The translations under genes and the position numbers were made by a program. From NCBI GenBank assembly GCA_964565805.1, contig CAZMGH010000002.1, forward strand, positions 46,084-110,083: 64,000 nt of DNA. Reading direction: 5' to 3'. Every line of letters begins with the position of its first letter. Position 1 is the stretch's first letter. This stretch comes from an uncultured Lachnospiraceae bacterium (GTDB lineage Bacteria; Bacillota; Clostridia; Lachnospirales; Lachnospiraceae). The notes under the pieces are model-generated. The model was not told where the DNA came from and made no database searches. It saw only the letters and a list, made by a program, of their open reading frames with translations. This document shows, in pieces, positions 7,928 to 18,263 of this stretch.

Positions 7928-9844
7928 ATGGTAAAAAGGAAAGCAAATGAAATTAATTTGAAGCAGATAAAGATCCAGGACATTTTTTGGAGCCGTCTCC
8001 AGAACCTCGCGATTGATGTGGCGATACCTTATCAGGGAAAAATCCTCAATGATGCAATTCCCGGGGTTATAAAAAGCCATGCAATAGCAAATTTCCGTAT
8101 CGCTGCAGGACTGGAAGATGGATCCTTTTATGGCACGGTTTTTCAGGATAGTGATGTAGCTAAATGGCTGGAGGGTGTGGCTTACTCTCTGGCAGTAAAG
8201 CCGGATGCTGATTTAGAAGCCAGGGCAGACGAAATTATCCGTATAATTGAACAGGCGCAACAGACCGATGGGTATCTTGACACATATTTCATAATCAATG
8301 GAATTGAAAAACGATGGACGAACCTGCAGGAATGTCATGAAATGTATTGCGCCGGGCATATGATGGAGGCAGCTGTGGCTTATTATGAAATTACAGGAAA
8401 AGATCGTCTCCTAAAGGTAATGGAAAGAATGGCTGACCATATGATTTCCTGGTTTGGCACCGGAAAACATACGGGGATTCCCGGGCATCAGGAGATTGAG
8501 GTAGGACTGATGCGGATGTATCGTGTTACAGGAAAGGAAAAATATAAAGAATTAGCAGAGTATTTTATTAATGAGAGAGGACAAGACCCCCATTTTTTTG
8601 AAAAGGAAGCGAAAAAGAGAGGCTGGAGGGTTTTTGAGAATCTCGACCCTGCAGATACTGCCTACAATCAGAGTTATGCTCCTGTGCGAGAGCAAAAGGA
8701 GGCCGTCGGACACAGTGTTAGGGGAGTCTATATGTATCGGGCCATGGCAGAGATCGCTGCCGCTACAGGCGATGACAGCCTTCTGGATGCATGCAAAATC
8801 TTATGGAATAACATTACCCAGAAGAAAATGTATCTGACAGGCGGTATTGGCGCATCAAGCGCAAAAGAATCATTCTCTGCAGATTATGAACTTCCAAATG
8901 ACCGGGCTTATGCAGAAACGTGTGCAGCCATAGGTCTTGTATTTTTTGCAAAGGCCATGCTTGATATAGAACCGGACGGACGGTATGCGGATATTATGGA
9001 ATTAGCAATGTATAACGGCACGATTAGTGGAATGCAGGCGGATGGCAGAAGATTCTTTTACGTAAATCCTCTGGAGGTTCAACCGGGCGTCTCTGGGGAG
9101 TTGCCGGGGTATCAGGCTGTGTTGCCTGAAAGGCCAAGCTGGCATTTTTGTGCTTGTTGTCCTCCGAATCTGATACGCATGATCACATCGCTGGGTAAAT
9201 ATGCATGGAGTTATAATGCGGACACACTTTATTCGCATCTATTCATCGGGCAGGAAGTATCGTTTGGGCTTGCTGACATAAAAGTTGAATCTGAATATCC
9301 ATGGAAAGGGCATGTTGTTTATCACATCCATGCAAAAACACAAACGACATTTACCTTAGCGGTCCATATTCCCGCATATACCCACGAACTTACATGTACG
9401 GTGAATGGTACGTTGATAAGGGATATGGTCATAAAAAACGGCTATCTTTATATTACACGTGACTGGGCGGAAAATGATACGGTTGTATTAGATTTCCCAA
9501 TGTGTGTAAAAAGGATATACGCCAACCAGAATGTTCGGGAGAATGCCGGGTGTGTTGCGTTCATGAGAGGCCCGTTGGTATATTGTTTTGAAGGAATCGA
9601 CCAGCCAACACAGCTTCAGCGGATCCGTATTCCGCGAAATTCAAAAATCCGAGAGATGAAAGGCTCTGGGGAGTTATTCGGACATGCACTATTGTTAAAA
9701 ATGGAAGGCGTCGAGATTACCACTTCCGATTCACTGTATTCTGAAACTCCTCCGGAGGAAACGACGTGTGAAGTTATTGCTATTCCATATTACTTATGGG
9801 CCAACAGAGGGATAAATCAAATGAGAGTCTGGATGCAGGAATAA
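7928..9844 (+). CDS. Glycoside hydrolase family 127 (beta-L-arabinofuranosidase-like)
   Basis: FQDSDVAKWLE, HEMYCAGH, GHQEIE, VGHSVR, YAETCAAIG, CACCPPN. Start set at the ATG after a GGAGG RBS (7922 is an alternative). Confidence 0.9.
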   Translation: MVKRKANEINLKQIKIQDIFWSRLQNLAIDVAIPYQGKILNDAIPGVIKSHAIANFRIAAGLEDGSFYGTVFQDSDVAKWLEGVAYSLAVKPDADLEARADEIIRIIEQAQQTDGYLDTYFIINGIEKRWTNLQECHEMYCAGHMMEAAVAYYEITGKDRLLKVMERMADHMISWFGTGKHTGIPGHQEIEVGLMRMYRVTGKEKYKELAEYFINERGQDPHFFEKEAKKRGWRVFENLDPADTAYNQSYAPVREQKEAVGHSVRGVYMYRAMAEIAAATGDDSLLDACKILWNNITQKKMYLTGGIGASSAKESFSADYELPNDRAYAETCAAIGLVFFAKAMLDIEPDGRYADIMELAMYNGTISGMQADGRRFFYVNPLEVQPGVSGELPGYQAVLPERPSWHFCACCPPNLIRMITSLGKYAWSYNADTLYSHLFIGQEVSFGLADIKVESEYPWKGHVVYHIHAKTQTTFTLAVHIPAYTHELTCTVNGTLIRDMVIKNGYLYITRDWAENDTVVLDFPMCVKRIYANQNVRENAGCVAFMRGPLVYCFEGIDQPTQLQRIRIPRNSKIREMKGSGELFGHALLLKMEGVEITTSDSLYSETPPEETTCEVIAIPYYLWANRGINQMRVWMQE

Positions 9845-9973
9845 ACCGTGGAAGGACGGGCGTTCTTTTTCTATCATAATTTGGGAGGTAAACACATGGA
9901 GATGCATTTGATAAGCAGGATATACTTTTAGTGGTGATTACGGTTACAGATACGATTCAGGAGGAGTAAAAAA

Positions 9974-10525
9974 ATGTATTTTGAAAATGAAGGTAGAGAA
10001 AACACTCAAGCTTGCGTAGAGATGGCTTTAAAGACCGCAAAGGAACGTGGAATCCACCATATTGTGGTGGCCAGCGGAACCGGATCTAATGCCAGTCTGT
10101 TTAAAGCTGCCGCAAAGGATTTTAATGTAGTGTGTGTGACCTGTGCCTATGGAATGGTGGAAAGTGGAAAAAACATTATGGATGAAAATGTGCGACAGGA
10201 ATTGAAGGATTCAGGGATTCATGTGCTGACCACCACTCATGTGCTTAGCGGCGCTGAGCGGGGACTGAGCAAAAAGTACGGCGGTGTCCATCCGGCAGAG
10301 ATCATTTCTGATGCCCTGCGTATGTTCGGACAGGGAACGAAGGTATGTGTGGAGATTTCTATTATGGCTTTGGACGCAGGCCTTATTCCTTATGGGGAAG
10401 ATATTGTGGCAGTGGCCGGGAGCGGGCGCGGTGCAGACACGGCGCTGATTCTTCGCCCCGCTCATGCAAATCATATCCTTGACACGGAGATTGGGGAAAT
10501 CATCTGCAAGCCAAGGTGTTTTTAA
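9974..10525 (+). CDS. Stand-alone pyruvate-kinase C-terminal-like (alpha/beta) domain protein
   Basis: YFENEGRENT, IVVASGTG, HVLSGAER, LRMFGQGTKVCVEISIMALDAGLI, GRGADTALIL, EIICKPR. Confidence 0.8.
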   Translation: MYFENEGRENTQACVEMALKTAKERGIHHIVVASGTGSNASLFKAAAKDFNVVCVTCAYGMVESGKNIMDENVRQELKDSGIHVLTTTHVLSGAERGLSKKYGGVHPAEIISDALRMFGQGTKVCVEISIMALDAGLIPYGEDIVAVAGSGRGADTALILRPAHANHILDTEIGEIICKPRCF

Positions 10526-10761
10526 AATTTACCCGGTCTGCAGCAGGGCTTTCTGAAAAGCGAGCCAGTCCAGTTCAGTGAACGATTATCAAAAGTTGCA
10601 TTATCAAAAGTTATATAAAAAGCCACATTTGTGATAGATTAATTGTTCAAATTGTATTATGATGGTAGGGTAGAGTCCGATTTTTAGGATTGACAGAAGT
10701 GCTGCAGCAGTTGGGCCAGTTAAACGGCTGCGAAATGTTACAAAATAACGGGAGGTTTATT

Positions 10762-13700
10762 ATGAGCTTTCAGATCTATGATTTAAAAACAGAGTACATG
10801 GAAAGTCCTTTAGGGCTGGATTGTCCGCGGCCTAGATTTTCCTGGAAGATGAAATCTGATGAAAAGGATGCCTGCCAGACCGGGTATCAGATCATTGTGG
10901 GAACCAGCGAAGGGACTGGGGATATGTGGGACAGCGGCAGGATAGATTCGGATGATTCCAATGGAATTTATTACGCAGGACGGACTTTGGAAGCATGCAC
11001 AAAATATTACTGGACCGTTCAGGTGTGGAATGGACAAGATCAGTGTGTCACCGCTCAGGGCCAGACTTTTGAAACCGGCCTTATGGACAGTTCTGTTCAG
11101 GCATGGGAAGGCGCCAAGTGGATCGGAGCGCCCTACTGCACTTTAAGTCCGGATGTACGGGGGATTTTTGGCGTAGAAACTGAGTTTATCCTGGATCCGG
11201 AAAGTACCAGAGCCGGTGTGGTGATCGGAGCCAATGACCGGCGAATTTCCGGGGAAAATTATTTCCGGTTTGATATTGATGTGTCAGCCATCCCTGCAAA
11301 GCTGTCCATTTACCGGGTCGGTATTGCCAAAGAGGACCGGGCGGATGCGCCTTTAGCCACAGTGGATGTGGTGAATTTTGACAGCTTAGATCATGAACCG
11401 GTGATCACAGCGGCAAATCGTTATGAGCCTCATAAGCTTTATCTGGAAGTCACCGGCAACTGTGTGTATACCTATGTAGATGACATCCGTGTGGACGCGG
11501 AACACAGAAAGCTGCCCTGGGGCGCAGAGGTGGTTGCTCCCCGCCAGATCAATCCTTTGGGAAATAACGATGTGAATACCTATCCCCGGCTGAATCATAT
11601 TGGTTTTTACATGCCGGCAGGCCAGAAGGCGTATTTTTCCTATTTAAAGGTAAAAAATCTGAGAAAACCGGGGGCCTGTGTGTTTGCGGAGGACGCGGAG
11701 CATGGCATAGATCCAGGGTGTACGGGGAAGACCGGTAGCATTTTTTCCGGCGCTTTAAGTGACGGCGATCTTTGTGTGGAAGAATATAAGGGCAAAAAGG
11801 TGTATGGGGTAAAAGCCGGCGACCGGGACATAATGGTATGCGGCGATCCGGCCCATACCTCCATTCCTATGCTGCGCACTTGCTTTAAAGTTTGTGACAA
11901 GCCGGTAAAGGCTGCCCGGCTGTATGTGACTGCCCGGGGCATTTATGATTGCCGGGTCAATGGCTGGGAAGTGACCGAAACCTGGTTTAATCCCGGAGAG
12001 ACGCAGTATGACCGGCATATTATGTATCAGACTTACAATATTGATTCCATGGTCCATCCCGGGGAAAATGTCCTGGGCGCTATCCTTGCATCCGGTTGGT
12101 GGAGCGATGCCCAGACCTTTGTTCTTGGAAACTACAACTATTACGGCGACCGGGAATCTCTTTTAGGAAAAATTGTTATTTCCTACGAGGACGGCGCCAG
12201 GGATGTATATGTTACCGACACAGACCACTGGAAATACAGCCCTGACGGCCCTTATGAGTATGCAGGATTCTTCCATGGCGAACATTATAATGCCATCACT
12301 GCCAAAGCTTATGAAAGCTTTGCATGCCCGGACTATGACGATGCTTCCTGGATGGCTCCGGTGGAGATCGCTCCTGTAGCTATAGGTAAAGAGGATGTCC
12401 AGGGCCAGGGTCCCATGACCTGGCCTACAGTAAATATGCAGGAGACAAAGATCATCGGCCAGGTGGGCGGCGGCGTTTATGCTGTGGGACAGATCCAGGC
12501 CCAAAGTGTTGCTGAAATTGAGCCGGGGGTTTATATTTATGACATGGGCTGTAATAGCGCCGGTGTGCCTAAACTTAAGCTGTATGGCAAAAAGGGAGAT
12601 AAAGCGGTGATCCGCTTTGCGGAGATCCTGTATCCGGATCTTCCTGAATATGAAGGCCGCACAGGCACATTAATGGTGGAAAATCTCAGAGACGCAGATT
12701 GTACAGATATTTATACTTTTGCCGGAGATCCAGATGGGGAGGAATACATGCCCAGATTTACGTTTAGGGGATACCGGTATATTGAGATCCGGGGCGTATT
12801 AAAAATGCCTGAGTTAAGTGATGTGTGTACAGTCCAGCTTTCTTCTATAAAAGAAATGACCGGAGCGGTGAAAACCTCAGAGCCTATGATCAATCAGTTT
12901 ATTGAGAATGTCCGCCGTTCTCAGCTGGCAAACTTTATCAGCGTTCCTACGGACTGCCCTCAGAGAAACGAACGTATGGGCTGGGATGGAGATACGGAAG
13001 TCTTTTCAAGGACCGCTTCCTTTAATTCAGATGTGCGCTTGTTTTATTACCGTTATCTTCAGGCTATGCGTGATCTTCAGGTGGATGGAAAATATCCGGA
13101 TATTGCCCCTGTAGGCGGTGGCTTTGGCGGATATACCTATGAGAGCGCCGGATTGATCGTTACCTGGGAGGTTTACCAGCAGTACGGAGATGTACAGGTG
13201 ATCCGGGATAATTATAAGGCTATGAAGGCATTTATGGATTATTCTGCCCGGATCAATGTGGACGGAAAACTGACCGGCGGCGTTATGACTTTAGGTGACT
13301 GGCTGTCTCCCGATGAAACAAATCTGGATCTGATCTGCTACGCCTTTTACGGATATAATGCCCGGATCATGTCTAAAATGGCCGCGGCCATTGGAGAGAC
13401 TGAGGATGCGAAAGCTTACGCCGACTTATATGAGGAACTGAAGGCATATTGGAATAATCGCTTTGTAGATCCGGAAACCATGAAGACCGCAGATGACACT
13501 CAGTGCTCCTACGCTCTGCCTTTAGCTTATGGCATGGTGGATGAAAAATACATTCAGGCCTTTGGGAATCATCTGGCAGACAAGACCCGCCGGGTAGACT
13601 ACACAGTAACTACCGGATTTTTCGGCACAGCGCCATTGAATCCTATGCTTACAGTGACTGGCCATAAAGAGGACGCCTATAAGCTTATGGCTCAGACCAA

Positions 13701-14109
13701 ATGCCCATCCTGGCTGTATCCGGTGACCCAGGGCGCTACATCTATTTGGGAGCGGTGGGATTCCTTTACCCGGGAAAAAGGTTTTGGAGGAAATAACTCT
13801 ATGAACTCCTTTAACCATTATTCCCTCGGCGCTGTGTGCGAATGGCTGTATATGTATGTCCTTGGTATTTTAAGAGATGAGGATCAGCCGGGATATAAAC
13901 ATTTTACCGCACAGCCTCAGGTCGGACCGTGGGAAAAGGCGGACGGGTTCTTTGAAACCCCATACGGCGTCATTAAGGCCGGATGGGAGAAAACAGATAG
14001 AGGCTGCATATACCATCTGACTGTTCCTGCGAACACTACTGCCACAGTGATCCTGCCGGATGGACAGACCTTTAACGTAGGCAGCGGAGATCATACGTAT
14101 ATGCTATAA
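10762..14109 (+). CDS. Glycoside hydrolase family 78 alpha-L-rhamnosidase
   Basis: N-terminal PLGLDCPRPRFSW; PRFTFRGYRY; PTDCPQRNERMGWDGD; GATSIWERW; MNSFNHYSLG. Start moved to the ATG after GGAGG. Confidence 0.92.
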   Translation: MSFQIYDLKTEYMESPLGLDCPRPRFSWKMKSDEKDACQTGYQIIVGTSEGTGDMWDSGRIDSDDSNGIYYAGRTLEACTKYYWTVQVWNGQDQCVTAQGQTFETGLMDSSVQAWEGAKWIGAPYCTLSPDVRGIFGVETEFILDPESTRAGVVIGANDRRISGENYFRFDIDVSAIPAKLSIYRVGIAKEDRADAPLATVDVVNFDSLDHEPVITAANRYEPHKLYLEVTGNCVYTYVDDIRVDAEHRKLPWGAEVVAPRQINPLGNNDVNTYPRLNHIGFYMPAGQKAYFSYLKVKNLRKPGACVFAEDAEHGIDPGCTGKTGSIFSGALSDGDLCVEEYKGKKVYGVKAGDRDIMVCGDPAHTSIPMLRTCFKVCDKPVKAARLYVTARGIYDCRVNGWEVTETWFNPGETQYDRHIMYQTYNIDSMVHPGENVLGAILASGWWSDAQTFVLGNYNYYGDRESLLGKIVISYEDGARDVYVTDTDHWKYSPDGPYEYAGFFHGEHYNAITAKAYESFACPDYDDASWMAPVEIAPVAIGKEDVQGQGPMTWPTVNMQETKIIGQVGGGVYAVGQIQAQSVAEIEPGVYIYDMGCNSAGVPKLKLYGKKGDKAVIRFAEILYPDLPEYEGRTGTLMVENLRDADCTDIYTFAGDPDGEEYMPRFTFRGYRYIEIRGVLKMPELSDVCTVQLSSIKEMTGAVKTSEPMINQFIENVRRSQLANFISVPTDCPQRNERMGWDGDTEVFSRTASFNSDVRLFYYRYLQAMRDLQVDGKYPDIAPVGGGFGGYTYESAGLIVTWEVYQQYGDVQVIRDNYKAMKAFMDYSARINVDGKLTGGVMTLGDWLSPDETNLDLICYAFYGYNARIMSKMAAAIGETEDAKAYADLYEELKAYWNNRFVDPETMKTADDTQCSYALPLAYGMVDEKYIQAFGNHLADKTRRVDYTVTTGFFGTAPLNPMLTVTGHKEDAYKLMAQTKCPSWLYPVTQGATSIWERWDSFTREKGFGGNNSMNSFNHYSLGAVCEWLYMYVLGILRDEDQPGYKHFTAQPQVGPWEKADGFFETPYGVIKAGWEKTDRGCIYHLTVPANTTATVILPDGQTFNVGSGDHTYML

Positions 14110-14220
14110 GAAAAGATCAGAACAAGCGTCAAAAAATCATTCGGACTGCCCTTGAGCAGGCGTTGGGCGCTGGCCGCAGTAAAGACGCGGGAACGCGTCA
14201 GCACGAAGCGATCCGCGCAT

Positions 14221-14252
14221 CATGGGGCTGTCGGGAAATAGACAGCCCCATG
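14221..14252. terminator. Hairpin between convergent GH78 and rqcH genes
   Basis: CATGGGGCTGTC-GGGAAATA-GACAGCCCCATG, a 12-bp perfect stem. Confidence 0.65.
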
Positions 14253-14258
14253 GACATG

Positions 14259-16007
14259 CTATTTTTCCTCCCCTGCCTGAATCCCGTCAATATTCGGTGA
14301 CGCGAGCATAGAGTAGTTCGTATGATAAATGACAAAGCCCGGCTTTGCGCCGCTGACTTTTTTTACATGCTTTTTCTGAATGTAATCCACTTCAACTTTG
14401 TCTGCGTTCCGGCCCTGAGAGTAGTAGGCGGCCAGACGGGCGGCTTCTTCAAAAGTTTCATCTGGCAGCGCTTCGTTATTGCTTCTAACGATCACATGGG
14501 AGCCGGGGATTCCTTTGGCGTGGAACCACCAGTCATTTCCTGCGGCAAACTTAAAGGTCAGTTCTTCATTCTGAAAATTGTTTTTTCCAACATAAATATC
14601 ATAGCCGTCAGAGGATACATAGTGGAACGGGCGGCTTTTTGTCTGGCGCCGTGCTCCCTTTTGAGAGCCGTGGCGGCGGATATAGCCATATTCTGTCAGC
14701 TCTTCTTTGATCTGAGCCAGGTCTTCTTCATACAGGGCAATATCCAGGGACGTCTGGATGGATTCCAGATGCTCGATTTCCTCCTTTGTTTCCACAAGGA
14801 GCCCGGTCAGAGCATCGCTGGTACGCTTCAGCTTATTATACCGGTCAAAATACCGTACAGCGTTATCCTTGGCAGAAAGCTGGGGATCTAAAGGAATGGT
14901 GATTTCTTCATTGGTATAGTAGTTAAGGCAGGTGAGAGACTTGGCCTCCGGCTCCAGGTTATAGCCGTAGGTGTTGATCAGCTCACCGTAGATTTTGTAC
15001 TTATCTTTTTTTTCCGTGTCCGCCATTTGCTTTTGCTGGAGCTGGTATTTTTTCCTGCTCCGGTCCAGGGCAGTGGTGACGATCCGCCGCAGATCTGAGG
15101 ATTTCTGGCGGATCCGGGTGATGGTATTTTTCATGGCGTAAAAATTTTCCAAAAGCCGGGACATGGTGGGAAATTCCCGGATTTCCAAAGAACCGTAGCA
15201 GGTAAGGGGAACACAGGAAAATTCCACCGGCTCGCCATTCCGATAAACGATTGTAGGGGTAAAGCGGTTGGAGCGGATCAGATCCATAAAAGCTTCAAAG
15301 CCCTGATAAAGGATCTCCTTTTCTTCTAAGGTCAGGCTGTCTGTGCTTTTGTCCCCGTCAATGCCGCTGCGGAAGCAGATTTCAGCGGCGGCAATAGGAC
15401 TTATCCCTGTCAGGGAGATGTAGACCGCTTTGCTTAAGGGGGCTGGCCGTGTCAGGACAAAATCAAAAAATTCCTCCCGGGTGACCGTAAGGGGATTTTT
15501 CTTTTCCACCGTTTTTGGAATAAAGTATGTCCGCCCTGGCAAAACCTCCCGAACGGAGCTGACGTTTAAGGAAATATGTTTAATACTGTCAATAATGGCG
15601 CCGTCAGGCTGGGTGAAAATAATATTGCTGTGCTTGCCCATAAGCTCCACAATAAGATACTTAATACATGTATCCCCCATGTCGTCCAGATGCTCGATCT
15701 CAAAGCGGAGGATACGCTCCATCTCCGGCTGGACAATGTCCTGAATCTTTCCCCCGGACAAATGCTTGCGCAGGAGCATGCAAAAGTTAGGGGCAGTCAT
15801 AGGATTTGTTTTTGATTCTTCTGTAAGATATACCAGCGGAAGGGAAGCGCTGGCAGATATAAGAAGCCGGTAATTGGTCCGATTGTTTTTTATTGTCAGG
15901 ATCAGCTCGTCCCTCTCCGGTTGATAAATTTTATTTATACGGCCACCTGCAAGGGCCTCTTTAAGCTCATGGGCCAAACTTGCAACGACCAGTCCGTCAA
16001 ATGCCAT
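14259..16007 (-). CDS. rqcH: Ribosome quality control protein RqcH / FbpA (NFACT)
   Basis: MAFDG start, GGRINKIYQP, ELMGKHSNII, IYVGKNNFQNE, WWFHAKGIPGSHV, EEAARLAAYYS. Confidence 0.93.
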   Translation of the reverse strand: MAFDGLVVASLAHELKEALAGGRINKIYQPERDELILTIKNNRTNYRLLISASASLPLVYLTEESKTNPMTAPNFCMLLRKHLSGGKIQDIVQPEMERILRFEIEHLDDMGDTCIKYLIVELMGKHSNIIFTQPDGAIIDSIKHISLNVSSVREVLPGRTYFIPKTVEKKNPLTVTREEFFDFVLTRPAPLSKAVYISLTGISPIAAAEICFRSGIDGDKSTDSLTLEEKEILYQGFEAFMDLIRSNRFTPTIVYRNGEPVEFSCVPLTCYGSLEIREFPTMSRLLENFYAMKNTITRIRQKSSDLRRIVTTALDRSRKKYQLQQKQMADTEKKDKYKIYGELINTYGYNLEPEAKSLTCLNYYTNEEITIPLDPQLSAKDNAVRYFDRYNKLKRTSDALTGLLVETKEEIEHLESIQTSLDIALYEEDLAQIKEELTEYGYIRRHGSQKGARRQTKSRPFHYVSSDGYDIYVGKNNFQNEELTFKFAAGNDWWFHAKGIPGSHVIVRSNNEALPDETFEEAARLAAYYSQGRNADKVEVDYIQKKHVKKVSGAKPGFVIYHTNYSMLASPNIDGIQAGEEK

Positions 16008-16301
16008 AGTTAAAACTCCTTTGATCATATTTAGACGTAATCATGTTACTTGTTTAAGCGTAACCCTGTTACTTGTCATGGAATGTCCGGCCACATCTTT
16101 ACAATCATTCAGATGGCCAAACAATCACACACATCCATAAGTCTACCAGAAAAAAAGCGAATTGTCCATTGACTGGTAAACTAAATTCATTTATAATATT
16201 TCAGATAAGTCTCCTTTTTTGCCTTCGAGGCAGGGCCGCGGGACTGGGATTCCTTAAGGCCGGAGCACTTCAAAAGAAAATAGAGAGATGCAGGTGACCC
16301 G

Positions 16302-17180
16302 ATGATAAAGAGTATGACCGGCTTCGGCCGGTGTGAGCAGACGGAGGCAAACCGCAAGATCGTCGTAGAGATGAAAGCGGTAAATCACCGGTATTGTGAT
16401 ATTAATGTAAAGCTGCCCAAAAAGCTTAGTTTTTTTGAATCTGCCGTGCGCGCCCTGATGAAAAAATATATCCAGCGGGGCAAGGTGGATGTGTACATCA
16501 CCTATGAAGATTATACAGAGCATAATGTATACTTAAAGTATAATAAAGAGCTGGCCAGGGAATATTTGGACTATTTAATAGCCATGAGCGCAGAGTTTGG
16601 CATTGAGGATGATGTGACTGTGACCCGTCTGTCCCAATATCCGGAGGTGTTTACCTTGGAAGAGCAGAGCCTGGATGAGGAGGAACTGTGGAAGCTTCTG
16701 GAAAAGGCTGTGTCTGTGGCTTGTGAGCGGTTTGTACAGACACGTATTGATGAAGGCAGCCGTTTAAAGGCAGACCTTTTATCAAAGCTGGATGGAATGT
16801 TGGAGAATGTGGCCTTTATTGAGGAGCGTTCACCTCAGATCGTGGCTGAGTATCAGCAAAAGCTTCGGGGCAAAGTGGAAGAGCTTTTAGGGGATAACAC
16901 GGTAGATGAAGCGAGGATCCTTACAGAAGTGACGATTTTTGCAGATAAGATCTGTGTGGATGAAGAACTGGTCCGCTTAAAGAGCCATATTGAAAATATG
17001 AAGGAAACATTGGAAGCCGGAGGAAGCGTTGGACGGAAACTGGATTTTATTGCCCAGGAGATGAACCGGGAGGCAAATACTACCTTATCCAAGTCTAACG
17101 ACCTGACCCTTTCCAATTGTGCCATTGATTTAAAGACTGAGATTGAGAAAGTCCGGGAACAGGTACAAAATATTGAATAA
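16302..17180 (+). CDS. yloC: YicC/YloC family endoribonuclease
   Basis: MIKSMTGFGR, VNHRYCD, GRKLDFIAQEMNREANT, EKVREQVQNIE. Confidence 0.93.
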   Translation: MIKSMTGFGRCEQTEANRKIVVEMKAVNHRYCDINVKLPKKLSFFESAVRALMKKYIQRGKVDVYITYEDYTEHNVYLKYNKELAREYLDYLIAMSAEFGIEDDVTVTRLSQYPEVFTLEEQSLDEEELWKLLEKAVSVACERFVQTRIDEGSRLKADLLSKLDGMLENVAFIEERSPQIVAEYQQKLRGKVEELLGDNTVDEARILTEVTIFADKICVDEELVRLKSHIENMKETLEAGGSVGRKLDFIAQEMNREANTTLSKSNDLTLSNCAIDLKTEIEKVREQVQNIE

Positions 17181-17195
17181 CATGGAGGCTCCCTT

Positions 17196-17447
17196 ATGGT
17201 TGGATTTGTAAATATCGGTTTTGGAAATATTGTCAGCGCTGAAAGGATCGTGGCCATGATCAGCCCGGATTCGGCGCCGATTAAGCGGCTGGTGCAAAAC
17301 GCCAAGGATACAGGCATGGCCATTGATGCCACACAGGGCCGCCGCACGCGGGCAGTGCTTGTCATGGATGACGGACATATCCTTTTATCCGCCCTTTTGC
17401 CTGAAACCATATCAAGCCGTTGGGAGGCTCATAGCAGTGATGCTTAA
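17196..17447 (+). CDS. remA: RemA / DUF370 family protein
   Basis: [37 protein letters not shown]; conserved position between yloC and gmk. Confidence 0.88.
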   Translation: MVGFVNIGFGNIVSAERIVAMISPDSAPIKRLVQNAKDTGMAIDATQGRRTRAVLVMDDGHILLSALLPETISSRWEAHSSDA

Positions 17448-17548
17448 GTTCTGGTCGCGACGCTGCGTCGGCTGGAACTTTGAGCGACGCGTCTGCGGTA
17501 TCACACAGGTCCGGATATTTTCCGGGAGAGAGGAAAGTAGATGAGAGC

Positions 17549-18187
17549 ATGAAAAAACAGGGGATTTTGACCATTATATCCGGATTTTCTGGTGTGGGCA
17601 AGGGAACCATCGTATCCCGGCTGCTGGAAAAGTACCCGAATGATTACTGCCTGTCCATTTCAGCCACAACACGGCCCCCAAGAGAAGGGGAAAAAGACGG
17701 GGTAAATTATTTCTTTGTAAGCAAACCGGATTTTGAAAAAATGATCCGGGAAAACCTTTTGCTGGAATATGCTCAGTATGTGGACAATTATTACGGCACC
17801 CCAAAGGATTTTGTGTTAGATCAGCTTGCCAAGGGGGTCCATGTGATCCTGGAGATCGAGATGCAGGGGGCAAAAAAGATCAAGGCTCAGTATCCCCAGA
17901 CACTGATGATCTTTGTGGCGCCGCCCAAAGCGTCGGATCTGAAGGCGCGGCTTACCGGCCGCGGGACAGAGAGTCAGGAGCAGATTAAAAACCGGCTTGC
18001 CCGGGCGGCCCAGGAAACCGTTTATATGGAAGATTATGAGTACATTGTGGTCAACGACCAGGTGGAGCGGGTTGTCGATGAGATCCATCAGATTATTGCC
18101 AATGAGCAGGATCGGACCCAGCGTCAGGGTGAGTTTATCAGCCAGCTGACAAAAGAGCTTAACCAAATGTATGATGCCATGGACTGA
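17549..18187 (+). CDS. gmk: Guanylate kinase
   Basis: SGFSGVGKGT, SATTRPPREGE, LLEYAQYVDNYYGTP, LEIEMQGA. Confidence 0.95.
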   Translation: MKKQGILTIISGFSGVGKGTIVSRLLEKYPNDYCLSISATTRPPREGEKDGVNYFFVSKPDFEKMIRENLLLEYAQYVDNYYGTPKDFVLDQLAKGVHVILEIEMQGAKKIKAQYPQTLMIFVAPPKASDLKARLTGRGTESQEQIKNRLARAAQETVYMEDYEYIVVNDQVERVVDEIHQIIANEQDRTQRQGEFISQLTKELNQMYDAMD

Positions 18188-18263
18188 CAGGTCCTGGCCG
18201 CAGGTACAGGAACGCCCACAGGCACATGGATACCTGGAATAAAATAGAAAGGGGAATTTTTTT

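Noticed and set aside
9884-9930. GGGAGG RBS + mini-ORF MEMHLISRIYF
   Set aside because: Too short to interpret; may be a deleted gene's start but no family signal.
14135-14220. GC-rich spacer with small hairpin GACGCG-GGAA-CGCGTC
   Set aside because: No recognisable ncRNA consensus, promoter or second copy.
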